Assembly: GCA_013265495.1 (NCBI GenBank) | Contig: MU058337.1 | Span: forward strand, 1,666,777 to 1,728,776 | Reading direction: 5' to 3' | Origin: Vicugna vicugna | Lineage: Eukaryota | DNA: 62,000 nt | Translations under genes and position numbers: made by a program | Part shown: piece after piece, positions 26,105-38,600 of the stretch | Numbering within the stretch: position 1 is the first letter of the stretch | Layout: each line of letters starts with the position of its first letter | Notes under the pieces: model-generated | Database searches by the model: none | Told to the model about the DNA's origin: nothing | Seen by the model: only the letters and a program-made list of their open reading frames with translations

Positions 26105-26293
26105 TTTATTTAAAAATTTTTAAATTGAAGTATAGTTTTTTGGGGGGTTTTTGCACCTTTTTTGTTTGTCTGTTTTAGGGGGAGGTAATTAGATTTGCTT
26201 ACTTATTTATTTCTTAATAGCGGTGCTGGGGATTGAACCCTGGCCCTCGTGCATGCTAAGCACGCACTCTCCCACTGAGCCATACCCTCCCCC
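26105..26293 (-). mobile_element. Camelid SINE (Vic-1-like), full length
   Basis: ggggattgaaccctgg...gcatgctaagcacgcactctcccactgagccataccctcccc. 16-bp TSD with four differences (26089-26104 and 26296-26311). Confidence 0.9.
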
Positions 26294-27589
26294 TTTCTCT
26301 TATGTGTTTTAATATTTGTCTTTGGAATTTAATTTTGTTCAAGACATTAGAAGAAACCTAAAAATCAAAGTGCTCATGTAAAAATGCCTATTTTTTTCTT
26401 TTAAAAAAATAGTTGTGCTGCCAATTCTCAGATCCCATTGTATTCCAAAGGCCAAAGTATTGTTACCTGAAAGAGATGGCATTTCAGGTCCCTCCAGGAC
26501 CTCCCAAAGAGTCATCTTTCCTGCCTTTGTGGCCCGTTTGATGGCAAAGATAGCCTTTTTGTACTGATGATAAGTCATTTAGGAGATTTATTTCATCAGT
26601 TAAGAATCAAAAGGAGAAAGGGGAAAGAAATTCAAGGCAGAATTCTGAAGTTTGACACTAAAAATATTATTGCTTGGATGGACACATTTTAACATCACAC
26701 AGATGGCCTGTCTTCAGACTTCCCTCAAAACACAGGAGCTGGCTACCAGCATGGGAGGTGAGAGGAGGAATCATCTCATGTTCCTGCCTGGTCCCGTCTG
26801 AGAATCCGCGAGAACAGGTGGAGGCTCACAGGACTCCCTGAAAGAAGGCAGGGTTTTAGCTGCTCCCAGCCTTCTCAGGGGTTCTTTCCATGCTGAGGTC
26901 CTTGCAAGCTGATGTGGGCTGCAGTTCCCAAAATGCTCCTTGTTTTTAACTGGAGGAGTCTGCTCAGGGCTGAGTAAGTGGAGAACAAAACAGCTATGAA
27001 CGGAAATTGGCCCAGGAACCCGAGCATCTTCCTCTAAAACCGGAGGGCAAATTCGCAGACCTTTACTATGGGATCAAGTGTGGATTTGGGCAACAAGATA
27101 ACACTTTTAAAAAACAATTTAATCTCACTACTGTCCTTTACAATGAGACAAAATTTTGTTGTTATAAATACTGGTCTAAAGAACCAGCATTAATATTTTT
27201 AGGTTTGTTTTATGATGAATACAAGTGAAACAGGTAGAATTTAGAAAAAATTTTATGTCTATAAATATTGGGAAATTTTTTACCTTTTAAAAACACCATT
27301 CTTTAAAAAAATAGGAATTCGTTACTTTGTCCCTTTATTGAAATTTCCTCTCATTTCTCAGTGACTCTGAGGCTTCTTTGGTATAAACAGTCTTCATCAT
27401 TGTTCAGGCAGGTGTAAAACAAAGTTATCTTTGCTTCTCATTTATCTTAACAGAAAGTAAAACAGATGCTTTCAAAATACTTCTTTAAAGAAAAATTATT
27501 ACTAGAAGAATTGGCCCTTTTTGGACCTAAAGATGCTGTCTGCCTTTTATTTTTTGTCTAACGTGTAAGTTCTAAATTTATTCTTTGAG

Positions 27590-27629
27590 TAGAGGAAAAC
27601 GAATCTTGCTGGAAGACTAAGAAAAGCTT
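27590..27629 (+). pseudogene. Weak fossil micro-exon
   Basis: Acceptor ttattctttgag and donor CTT|gtaaat, both weak. Reads (V)EENESCWKTKKS(L), phase 1 to phase 2, exactly bridging the 16666 and 28442 exons. Confidence 0.25.
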
Positions 27630-28177
27630 GTAAATATGTGGGTTAAGTAATAATGCTTTTGTTAAATTAGATTGCTGGTTTTGGGCGGTGATTTCCCCTC
27701 GTTTTGAGTCGTGAACAGCTATTTCCCCCAATACTCACTTCTTCTTCTGGGCTCCACTCCTCCACTTGGAAACGTGCCTTCTAGTGTCTTGTAGTGTAAA
27801 ATAGACACTTTAAAAAGTTCTGAACTCTACCACTAATTTTCCCCCCTTTTTCTTTCTCTGTTATTTTTCACTGATTAAAGTAAAATAGGCTAAAAAAGAA
27901 AAACAACAAAAAACTAAAAGCAACTAAACAGACCGTATTAACAACTCAACTTTTGCACTATTCAAGAGGCCTTCCATTGGTGAATGGCTTGGAATGACCT
28001 ATTTGCATTAGAATGATCCCTTTTTGGTTTTCTTGTGTAACGTTAAAAATCACAGTGTTTCCTTAACGGAAGCCCAGTCAGTGTATGGTTTGTAAAATTA
28101 CAACTAGGTCTTCACTTCCATGTGAATTGGTCTCATAGAATAGCTTCTTAGAATAATGGAAGAAAGGAGTCCCCTGC

Positions 28178-28180
<3 letters not shown>

Positions 28181-28212
<32 letters not shown>
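28181..28212. repeat. (TG)16 microsatellite
   Basis: Read directly from the sequence. Confidence 0.95.
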
Positions 28213-28213
<1 letters not shown>

Positions 28214-28441
28214 TTTTGCTTTGTTAACAAGGGGATACAGGCAGTATGCTCGCTACGCAGTAGCATTTTATTAGCGCAGTTCCAGAATTTACAGTGTGAA
28301 TCCTGGCTGCTTGGACCCGCTATGCACTCCATCAGCAGAGGAAGACAATTTAAGAAATGCTATTAAAAAAACACTCATAGAGAAAAAAAATGTTTTTGAC
28401 TTGGTTTATACTTAACAATGTTTTCAAGGAAACATTTCAAG

Positions 28442-28588
28442 GAAACATGAAGAGCTATATTATAGTTTTTCACAAAGTTGGCTCAATGAATTTAGTCATA
28501 GGGAAAAAGTTTCATAAATCTTTTACCTCATATTGTTACCTGATTGGTATATACAAAAAATTAGAATTTTTTTTAAAAAAAATAAAAG
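28442..28588 (+). pseudogene. Fossil exon, DH-domain N-terminal helices
   Basis: Acceptor tttcaag (locally duplicated) and strong donor AAG|gtgagt. One frameshift joins KHEELYYSFSQSWLNEFSHREK to FHKSFTSYCYLIGIYKKLEFFLKKIK. Confidence 0.45.
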
Positions 28589-28751
28589 GTGAGTAAAATT
28601 GTCTAACACAGGGAGCCTTTCTTCTTGATGCAGGTTACATCAAGAAGAAATACAGTGTAATGTTATGTAAATATTATTTGCAAGATTTGTTGCACGTACT
28701 CATTACAGAAATAAATACTGACGCAATTTTTGTTGTTATGAGAGTCAGCAG

Positions 28752-29352
28752 TTTATTTTTTAAATTGCAGTAAAATGTAAATAACAGTATCATTTTCACC
28801 ATTTATCAGTGCACAATTCAGTGCCATTAAACACAGCCCTAATGTTGTGTAACCATCACCACTAGCTATCCTCCAAACGCTTTCATTGTCCCAGACAGAA
28901 ACAATTAAGATCCCTTCCCTCACTTCTCAGAACCTCTATTCTACTTTCCATCTCTATGAATTTGCCAATTCAATTACCTGCAAAAGTGGAATCATAAAAT
29001 ATTGCTCCTTCATGTCTGATTTATTTCATTAAGCATTATGTTTTCAAGATCCATCCACGATGTAGCATCTATCAAAATTTCATTCCGTTTATGGCTGAAT
29101 AATATTCCATTATATGTACACACCACATTTTGTTTATTTATTCATCTATTAATGGACCCTTGGAGTGTTTCCACCTTCGAGCTGTTGTGAATAACGCAGC
29201 TGTGAACATGAGGGACACACATCTATTGGCCCCCTTGCTTTCACTTCTTTTGGGTTATATACCTGGGCGTGAATGTGCTGGGTCATGTGATAGTTCTGTG
29301 TGACCTTTTAAGGAACAGCCACACTGTTTCCCACAGCAGCTGTACCATTTTT
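28752..29352 (-). mobile_element. L1MB-like 3' end
   Basis: ttgtgtaaccatcaccacta...gtggaatcata...tatggctgaataatattccatt...cccacagcagctgtaccattt. Confidence 0.85.
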
Positions 29353-29964
29353 TTGTAGAGTGAAAAATGTGGATCCCAAATCTGGTCAAGTTGTAAAGTG
29401 CATTTTGCCATGAAATGAATGCAGTCATTTTATTTCCTCAAACTACTTCTTATTCATCGTGCTAATGATAATGGAAATGTTCTGACTAGAGCCGAATCTC
29501 AGCTATTCTGGGAAATTCATTTAAATTGTTGCCCAGATGAAGGTGATTTTCATTCGATTATTCTACGGAGAACATCAGAGGAATACAGTGGTCCCCTCGG
29601 CACTTCCCTGCATGGCTGCTCCGTCTGTTCTCCGCCGCTGGTCCCTCCTTCCTCTTCTCTGCTTCACTGGCAGGCTAGTCACTTTCAGCGACTCTTCATT
29701 TTCTGCAAAATCAAGCTGAAACCCGGAGCACAGTGCTTACTGCCCTGTCCGAATCCTCTGAACTGCATCTCCTATTCTTGTTTCTGTGTCTAACCCCACA
29801 TGTATTCAAAGTTGATGGCGAGCCATACTTCTTCTTCACAGTTTTCAGCACTTGGTCTTGCTATGGCTTCTACCGAGAAGAGCACAGCTAATTTTTATTC
29901 GTTTTTCAAATCTCAGGTCCCATGCCACCTCCTTCGTGAAAGCTTCCGTTCTGCTGTCTTCCAC

Positions 29965-30361
29965 TGCCCCCTCTGGGTCCCCCATCTCTGGGTCTCGGGA
30001 TGCTGTCTGGGCTGCGTGGACGTGTCCCCAGGACTTGGAGGAGCCCTGATGGGCGGAGAGGGAGGTCAGGGAGTTGCGTCCTTGGCTCCCGCTGTGAGGT
30101 CGCTTCTGGCTGGTTGGAGCCTTTGACTAAAGCTTGCTGCTTCTCCGCAGGAGTCCATCCGTCCCTGTTCACCTTTGAGTGAACACTTGTCCTGTGAGCT
30201 CGGGTGGTAACAGCTCCTGCGGCGACTGGCCCCCGGGTACCGGCTTGTGGTTTCCCGTTGCCCATACCTCTATTTACAGAACTCCCTCTGTCAATAAACC
30301 CTCTCAGAGTCCCCTAACTTGCAAGTCCCGCCTGTTTTCTCCAGGGACACTTACTGCGACA
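29965..30361 (+). mobile_element. LTR33-like ERVL LTR
   Basis: gggtggtaacagctcc...ttgtggtttccc..gcccatacct...aataaaccctctc...cagggacacttactgcgaca follows the LTR33 3' half. Confidence 0.65.
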
Positions 30362-32039
30362 TCGTCCTTCCTCGCACTGGGTGGAAACTGATCTCTCCTC
30401 GGCCCGAGTCCCTGGGGTGACTTGTTCCTCTTTTACGGGACTTAACACATAACACATTTTACTGATTTATGCATATATTTTAACTTCTATTTTCAGAAAA
30501 TAACTGTGTTTTGCATGTTTTTACATTTCTTGGGCCCTTTCTCTGAAAGAGTGATGTTTTATTCTGTTATAAAAGCCACACGACGGTGAATACCTTTGGT
30601 TTTTAGGTAAAGGGTTTGACAGCCATTGTAGACCCACTGTGTCCATAGAGGATGTAGCCAAAAAGAGCATCAAATTTCAAAGAAAGGAAAGTGCTGAGAT
30701 GTGTTAAAAGCAAATAAACATTACATTATTGAAATAGCTGTAGTGACCTTAACTAAACTGAGAATTTTTAAATTAATACCTGCTTCTGTAGAGAATCAGT
30801 AATTTTGAAAGCACTTGAGGTTGTGCTGTTTTAGGCCATAACAAATATCAGATAATTAAACCCACAGCAGAGTACTTCTTCCAGGCAATATACTGGGCAC
30901 ACAGAACTTTCAGATGGAAATATATGAAGCAGCATCTTGAAAGTAAACTCCGCTCTAGTTGGGAATTTCAGGTTGATTGCAAACTCTTACTCCTCCCCAC
31001 TGTGTTATTTCTGTCAGAACGCAGACATGTGGTGACATCAGTCAGACAGAAAAATACTCTTTCTTAACCAAATGTCCCTTTACAGAGACTGCTCTCTGGT
31101 GTCTACTCACTGTCGCCAGACCCCACCTCTTGTCTTGCCCTTAATAAATTCATTCCAACCAAGGGTTCTCCCACCTTCTGCAAGACAGCTCCCGTCAGAA
31201 TCACAACCAGCGTCTTGGGAAACCCAGCCATCAATTCCGGTTCTCCTCTGGTTTGACACCCCAGATGCATCTGACTCTTGAATTAGACTTTCCTTTCAAG
31301 ATGTGGTCTTCACTTGACCCCTTGGGTCAGCTCTCTCCCTGACATCACCTGCTGGATCCAGTCCCCTGTGGGGCTGCCCTTCCTCCTCACGTGGGACTGC
31401 CCCAGTGACACAAGAAAATGGGATTTGAGAGGATGGCTGGGTCCCAGATCTCACATGAGTCCCTGGGACGTGCGTCATCTCCCTCTGTCTCACGTATGCT
31501 GGCCCCGCGTGTACACCTCACAGACCTCCCACTGAAGGGAGTGTCCCTGAACAAGGGCCCTGGCTCAGCTTTGGAATCCATTGCTGCGTTTATGCCAGAA
31601 CCAGACCTCCGGAGGGCCGCTCCGCGCAGAGACCTGTGTGGCAGAGCTACTAAAGCGGCTGCTCCCAGGAGACGTGCGACTCCTTGTCGGCTGCCCTGGG
31701 CTCAAGGACTCCTTCCCAGCTTGTCAAACTCCCTTGACACCTCGGCAGTCTAGGATGCCTCCACCCAGCCCATCTCTGGGGTCAGACTTGCGTGGCCCTC
31801 TGGCCGCTCTCCCAGCCCATGCTGACTCCCTCTCCATTGCCTGCGACACAGGCAGGTCTGTAATAAAACCCTTGCCCGGAGGTCCCACCGGGCATCTGCT
31901 TCTGAAGACCCAGATCAGCACGGCTCTCCCTTCCCTGAAACCTCTCTAGTCAGGCCGCCAGCCTCTCTCTCCTGGCCCCCCCGCAGTAGTACTTACGGAG
32001 TATCCTGGCGCACATCCTTGTTCTTGGACTGTTTGTCAA

Positions 32040-32670
32040 ATGGATCATGATCCTCCAAAAATGTAAAATAGATTATTTCACTTCCTGCAGACAACTTCTA
32101 AAGGGTCTCTGGTACGTTGAACTGCAAATGCAAACCCCTACAGGATCGAGTCCTGGCCTTCCCTCCCGCCTCCTCCCCTCCCTCATCGCGCTCCCGTCTC
32201 AGGGGCCCTCCGGCTGCTCCTGAGTAGGGACCGCTCCCCACAGATCTCTGAACCACCTGCTTCTTTTCTCCGTTTTAAGTTGCTACTTAGATGTTGCGTC
32301 CTTAGGTAAGCTTTCTTCTTCATTTTAAAAATTTTTTTAAAGTTATTTTTAAAATTAAAAAAAAACTTTTTCTTTTTTTGGGGGGAGGTAATTAGGTTTT
32401 ATTTATTTATTTTTAACGGAGGTAAAGTAACCTTTTCTTGTTAACCTCCTCAGCCCACCAGACAGTCTGTACGTATTCTCCAATCAGGTTTTAATTCCTT
32501 CATAAATGACCCAACTCTCTGAATGTCTACTGTTGATAATTTGTTCGCTTACGAATGATCCACGTCCCCCGCCCTCCCCAGGAAGGTGCGACCATGTTCT
32601 GTATTATACCTCCGTCACCTACAACATTTGTGGATACTCAATAGTTATTTGTGTAATAGCTGAGTGGATG
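32040..32670 (+). mobile_element. L2 3' region
   Basis: Ends gatactcaatagttatttgtgtaatagctgagtggatg; internal aaatgtaaaatagattatttcacttcctgc. Confidence 0.6.
32320..32424 (-). mobile_element. 5'-truncated camelid SINE (tail only)
   Basis: gggggaggtaattaggttttatttatttatttttaacggaggta matches the tail of the other Vic-1-like copies. Confidence 0.8.
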
Positions 32671-33830
32671 TGTTTTAGGGGCTAATAAAAATGACAAATT
32701 TGATGTGTCTGGTGTATACTGAGCAAGTTTGGGTGAGCGTATGACTATTCTTTATACTGGCCATGGTCCAGGATGGGAGCTGGGAGCCCATGAGTCAGCA
32801 GGTCTGTATCCTGGAAGAGGCGATATTTCACAGAACACTGGAGATTTCTGAACATGCACATTCGATTCTGAGTGACTTGTGAACTGCATGTGAAATTTCA
32901 TCCATGTCCTGTAATGTGACCCTTGATTTAGGCATGATCCTTTGGTAGTAATGGATTTGGGGATTTATCCATGAGGTGACGTGGAACTAAACACTTACGA
33001 ATTGAGTCTCCTGGCTGAGAGAACAAAGAGCAGTTACTGCTGGAATAAAACAGGAGGCCAACAAGAGTGGGGGCAAGTGTGTTAGTAATAAAACATTCTT
33101 CTAGAACTTTTCATACTTATCAAAGTATGAAGATAAAAATAAACCCGTGTTTTCAGTGGCCATGTTGCTCTAATAGAACACCATGTGCACATGTATGCTT
33201 GTTAAACCAGTTTTTTTCCTTCTTTTTTTGTGATGATCTTGATGATTAACATTTCTTTACAAGCGTCAGTCCACATCTGCTCCAAGGCTGAGTGGGAACT
33301 CTTACTCCCACTGGTGTAACCTGTAGGTGAATGAACTGACCCTTCTCAGTTACTCTTCCTTGTGCTTTTTTTCAGTCAGCAGAGTAAAAGCCAGAAAAAT
33401 GGCTAAATGATGAAACCAGCTAATTAATAGCTTTTAGTTATGCTCTTTTGTCCTGGAATTGCAGACATTCATGAATATTTCTGACCTGTTATTATAGTAT
33501 TACTTCAAAATTCTGAAATTTTCTTTAATATTTAGTAATTTTTACAAATGATTTGCATTTAAATATGTTCACTAAAATTTATAATTTTTGTTGAATAGTC
33601 ATCTGCGAAAGTTTCACCAGCTGCTAATGGTCCCAGGGTTCCTTTGTTGAGAACGGGGAACTTTTCTGTAATAAATAGAGTTAATTTAGTCAGATATAAC
33701 ATATTTTATGTTTTTCCAATAATGATATTAAAGGAAGTAATAAAGAATTTGATTTTTAAAGGAAATTGTATAATTGAAGTTTATTTCTTCTTCAAATGAT
33801 GTGAAAATCCATGTGTTGTCTTTCTTTTAG

Positions 33831-34029
33831 AAATAGAATGAAATTAAATCCAAAGAGCTATAAAAGCAGAAAAAAAAGTAGATGAAAGAATATCAGATGT
33901 TGTTTTTTAGGGCAGAGACCTGAATACTTTAGGTTTTCGTACCCCATAAACAACATGTCTGCACCCATTGAACTTTATATCTTAGCATCATACTCACTGT
34001 ATTCTCGTGGAACCTCGAATTATCTGTAG
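33831..34029 (+). pseudogene. Fossil exon, DH-domain core
   Basis: Acceptor gtctttcttttag and donor TAG|gtacac. A phase-1 start gives (E)IE*N*IQRAIKAEKKVDERISDVVF; a frameshift in the T-run then gives LGQRPEYFRFSYPINNMSAPIELYILASYSLYSRGTSNYL*. Confidence 0.5.
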
Positions 34030-34264
34030 GTACACCCTAAAGTTGAAAATATAAAAAGTGATATAAAATTTTTTTTAAGTTGAAATTAAAGAGTTAAGAA
34101 GAGAGAGCTGTGATACGGATGCAAAATGCATTACTTTTTGAACTCTCTCTGTGGTCAATTACCTTCTGATGCCGCAGAGTCTCAGATGGCCTTGGCTGGG
34201 TTGAGTCAATGAAATATTTATGGATCAAAGGGTCCTGGAGATGCTTCCTATGGGAACGTGTATA

Positions 34265-34470
34265 ATAATATAGTATTTATGCAGCGTCGTCTTTGATGTG
34301 CTCAAAGACTTTTGCAGACATTATATACTTCATCTGCACCACCTGTGAAGCAGGTTGGGGGTAAGAATGAATCTTGTTTACAAATGAGAAAAGGAGTGCA
34401 GAGCAGGACTCCACTGGGGTTCACAGAGGGTAACGACAGAGCGGGAACCACCCCCCACCCCTGCACCGGT
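34265..34470 (-). mobile_element. MIR
   Basis: Degenerate MIR: tgtttacaaatgagaaaaggag...ggttcacagagggtaacgacagagc. Confidence 0.55.
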
Positions 34471-34624
34471 CCCTGTTCAAAGATGCAAGGAGAGAGATCT
34501 ATTTCATGGTGTCCACAGGGATTTTCCCTCCAAATTTCTGATTTCCCTGGACATCCAATATCTTGAGCTGTGATGACCTTACAGTTCTAAAATTCTGCCC
34601 CGGATTCCAGAATTACAGATTGTG

Positions 34625-34870
34625 TGACTGAAGGAGGGAGATTGGGCTCCAGAACAAGATAATTTCTGGTCTAAATCCTGACCTTACTGCTCATCAGGGA
34701 GGTGAATCTGAACAAGAAAGTCAGTTCATTTGAGCTTCAGTTTCTTCCTCCATGAGACGAGCATTTAATCTCTGCCTCACATGCCTGCACTGAGGGCCGA
34801 GAGTGATGATGTGATGGAGCACTTGTCCCAGCGCCTGGCTCACAGTAGACTCTCAACAAACAGTACCAGT
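34625..34870 (+). mobile_element. MIRb-like
   Basis: tgagcttcagtttcttcctc...cagcgcctggctcacagtagactctcaacaaa. Confidence 0.75.
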
Positions 34871-36134
34871 GAGTGTCACCCTTTATGAAGACGGCAGAGA
34901 TGGAAAGCAGATTCTTTCCTGCCTGCCCTCTGTCGCCAACATACAAGGACCTACATATTTATATATTTTACTAACAGTTGAGGTAAGAAAATATGATCTC
35001 CAAAGAGAAAAATAAAAAGTTCATGCATTAAATAAATGCACTTTCTGGGTAAGGATTCATCACGGGGGGTCTTCTTAGAGATCATCACGTTTCTTATGAG
35101 CAAATTACAAGTTAACTGACTATTCTTCAATTTTTTCTTTAAAAAAAAGAATGACTTAGTTTCTGAGGATTTCTTATGAAAAGTGTTGTGATGTTCTTGC
35201 TTTTCAGGAATAATTTAATTACCATGTAGCAGAGAAGAAAGAGTGTAACCCTCCAAGAACCCAACAAAAATGCCTTCTTAGAGGAAAGGGTGTGGGTGGA
35301 TTTTGGTAACAGTATTACTGGTAGAGAGTGCATGTGTATGCTGAAGCCTGAAGGAAGATGCTCTTACTATAACGGTGTTGTGTGTGGACACACATGGATG
35401 GGTCCTTGTGATATTTTAGGTTTTCAAGTGAACCTATATGTTTAAAAGGTCCTGAAAGGTCCCAGGTTAAAATATCACCTCAAACCCTGCCTTGCTGTGC
35501 TGTGTGTATTTTTTTTTTTTGAGCTTCTGTCTCCTTGTTTCAGTATTAAGTCCACCATCACAGGCTTAAAAAGACTTCCAACTTCTTAGGGGGTGAACGC
35601 CCAGGTCGAAGGCCATTTCTTCAAAGACTAGATAAATATGTTCAGTAACTCATGAGGCGCAAAAAAACCCGGCCTCTCCTGGCTCTGGATGGGTCTCCCT
35701 GTGGTTCCCTTAAGCAAGTGCTGACTGTGTCTGTGGGATAAAGAGTAGAATTTCCCCACTTGCAGTGTCCTTCCCCGCAGGACACCCTCAAAGGAAGACT
35801 GCAGTGGGAACTCTGAATACAGACTGCAGAGAAGCAGACACATGCAGGCAAATCAAGCTATAAAAACATGACCGATCCACGCGTGATACGTTGGAATCCT
35901 GGCACGGTGGGTGCTGCCTACGGTGGTCATTGAAAACTGTCCATGCCCTCTGACAAATGATGTGAACATTTGTGGTACGAGTTTGTTACCTTTTAAAATC
36001 CACCTTCAAAACAGGAAGAGAATTATGTAGATAAAGACCACCGGGTCCAGAGTTACGTAGGTGCTTCTTAGATCTTAAGGAAAAGACCTCATTAAAATAT
36101 AAATCATGGAGAATAATGGAGGCACATTGCTTTA

Positions 36135-36465
36135 GAGAAAGACTTCTCAACATTTACGGTGCAAAAGAATCACTTGGTGATCTTGTTAAATGTAGATTCT
36201 GATTCACTAGGTCTGGGGGTCCAGGAAAGACCTAAGACTCTGCATTTCTTTTTCTTTAAAAAAATTTTTTTCTGTGGGGGAGGTAATAAGGTTTGTTTAT
36301 TCATTCATTTTTGATGGAGGTACTGGGGATTGAACCCAGGACCTTGTGCTTGCTAAGCATGCTCTCTACCACTGAGCTGTACCTCCCCCCAGGACTCTGT
36401 GTTTCTAACAAGATCCTTGGGGCTGCTGTGGGGGTCTGAGGACCCCATCTGAAGTGGCAGGGGTC
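36135..36465 (+). mobile_element. MER5A1-like hAT element split by a SINE
   Basis: gaatcacttggtgatcttgttaaatgtagattctgattcactaggtctgg...ctgcatttct[SINE]aacaag. Confidence 0.75.
36250..36390 (-). mobile_element. Camelid SINE (Vic-1-like), full length
   Basis: ggaggtactggggattgaacccaggacc...gctaagcatgctctctaccactgagct. TSD gactctgcatttct / gactctgtgtttct. Confidence 0.92.
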
Positions 36466-36639
36466 CAGGCAGGAGAGCTTTCCAAGGCCACGCACTGCCT
36501 TGCTCATCTTTGTCTATCCAGCGTGCAGTCTGGTGAACATCTCTGATCAACAAGCATTCGCAGGGTCGCCAGTGGGGACAGGTGGAGGTGGGGTATGAAG
36601 CTGAAACAATGCATTTCGTTTTTGCTCTGTGCGTGGGCC

Positions 36640-36940
36640 TCCTAGGATGCCAGGCTTACAGAAACTTGAAGAGCATCTCCCATTCTCAAGTTTTCTATGG
36701 GTGGAACAAGAATCATTGGTTGGAGGCAGAAGGGAACATTCCATTCAGAATAAGAATGCATTTGGTAAGAATAATGGCTTCCCAATTATGAATAGGCTGG
36801 GTGATGAATCCTGTCACTGGGAGTGTTAGGATTCAGGCAGCACAACCATTTGGGGTTGTTATGATGCGGATCTGAGTGACTGCCTGATGGGACTAGAGAA
36901 CTCTGAAGATTTCTTCCAATCCTAAAAGCCTATGGGAATG
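36640..36940 (+). mobile_element. L3/CR1 3' end
   Basis: cctgtcactgggagtgtt...ggactagagaactctgaagatttcttccaatcctaa resembles the L3 terminus. Confidence 0.55.
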
Positions 36941-37009
36941 AAGGTGAAGCAGACAGAGGCTGGTGAGGCAAAGAAGACCACTCATTTCGACTTTATAACC
37001 CCTCAGGCA

Positions 37010-37172
37010 GCAGTTTAAATTCTGGCAAGTTCCTTCTCTGAGCTTCAGTTTGTGTTCCTGAAAAAAAGATAGCGGTTACAGTGCCTGTTTTATAGTGTTG
37101 ATATGAGAATTAAGTGCAATTATTTTTTTATGAAAGGGACACATACTATTGCAGAGACTCAACAAATTGCTG
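37010..37172 (+). mobile_element. MIR
   Basis: ggcaagttccttctctgagcttcagttt...gtgttgatatgagaattaagtg. Confidence 0.7.
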
Positions 37173-37183
37173 CTTCTCTGACG

Positions 37184-37405
37184 TAGTGGCGAGACGGTAA
37201 ATATTTAACCATGGGCTCCCCTTCCCTCGCCCAGACCCTGGTTGTAATGCTTGCTGGTTTCCATGGGGAACATGGTCCAAATCATCCTGTTAGGGTCAAT
37301 GTCAAGCTAGCAATGGTTTAATAGCCAGCTTGCAAAAAAAAAAAAAATCCTGAAAGTCTACCAGTTGGCTGTTGTGAGCCATCGAAATGACTCAGCACAG
37401 CATCG
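37184..37405 (-). mobile_element. MER63-like hAT-Blackjack element
   Basis: tcaagctagcaatggtttaatagccagcttgcaaaa..tcctgaaagt resembles the reverse complement of MER63A. Confidence 0.65.
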
Positions 37406-37819
37406 TGTTCCCTTTCCCACCTTAACCATGACCCTATGTGATCCTGAGCATAAAAGAGCATCACTTTTCATCTACTCCTGTCCCATTGCATGAAACAGAT
37501 TCAGTGTTTTCATAGCCTCTTGTCTCCCATATTAGATGAGGAAGGAAACCCGGGGGAGAAGGCCTTGGACTGGAGATGCACTGATGCTGACCTAATTCAC
37601 GAGAAATTGGCATAAGGCAGATGAAACACTGATCCTAAAGTGAACTTGGGAGCTGCACAGATCTGCTCCCAGGGGGGAAATAAAAGAGGGTTGAAAGATC
37701 TGTAAAATACCCACAGGAAAATTGAGATCAAAACCAACCAAATAGTGGGCAGGTATATTAAGACAGATGGCTTGTTTTGAGTGTGTGCCTCTAAAATGTT
37801 CAATGTTAAAAATGCTCAT

Positions 37820-38600
37820 GTGTTTCTTAGATTAGAATGCTATATTCATGAGCATAATTACTCAGTCATTCTTTGTGAAATGAAGTTTGAATTTTAAAAC
37901 CTTATTCTTCCAAATTAGCCATTAGAAATATGAGCATTTTTATTTGAATTTAATTCCATTACATGACAAGTGTTAGTTCTTCATAATAATGACAAAAGTG
38001 TGATTAGATCATTAAGTTCAAAGCGTCAGAGCAATTTTCAAATGATAAGCTCCTTCATGCATTTGTATTAAGATACGGCCCTAATGCAAGGCCAGGAATC
38101 AAATGCATTTCAGTCTTTGTTAAAAGAGTGACATTCTCTGGCCGGGTTGATGTCAAGTCGTATGAAGACTTTCATTCTTCCATTTATAAAATAAGACAGT
38201 AATGGTTAATGGAAATATTGGGCAAGTTCATTATTTAACACAGCAAAAAAAAAAAAATCCTATAATGATAAACAGCACTCACCTGGCCTTAATGTTTCAG
38301 CACCAGTTTTTTTGATGAATGATCCTATTTTTACATGAAATAAGCGCATGCAATTATCAAGTCCCTCAGATTAATTGATTCGGGAGTTGGTTAAGAACAA
38401 TTACTTTTCCCAGTTTCTCATCATACACACATGATGATATTGTTGTGAGTGATACTTCAGTTTTGTCCACTTTGGGATTGTTTTGAAGCAAAACTTTTGA
38501 AAATAATAGCTGAAATTAAATAGGTGAAAGAAATTGACCACGGAGGTGGTCTGGACGTTCACTACAGCCTTTAGAAAACACACACACAAGTTTGGTTGCG
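37820..38600. promoter_or_regulatory. Candidate conserved non-coding element / enhancer
   Basis: Repeat-free AT-rich block dense in TAAT/ATTA cores (cataattac, tgattagatcatta, agattaattgatt). Conservation inferred, not measured. Confidence 0.4.
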
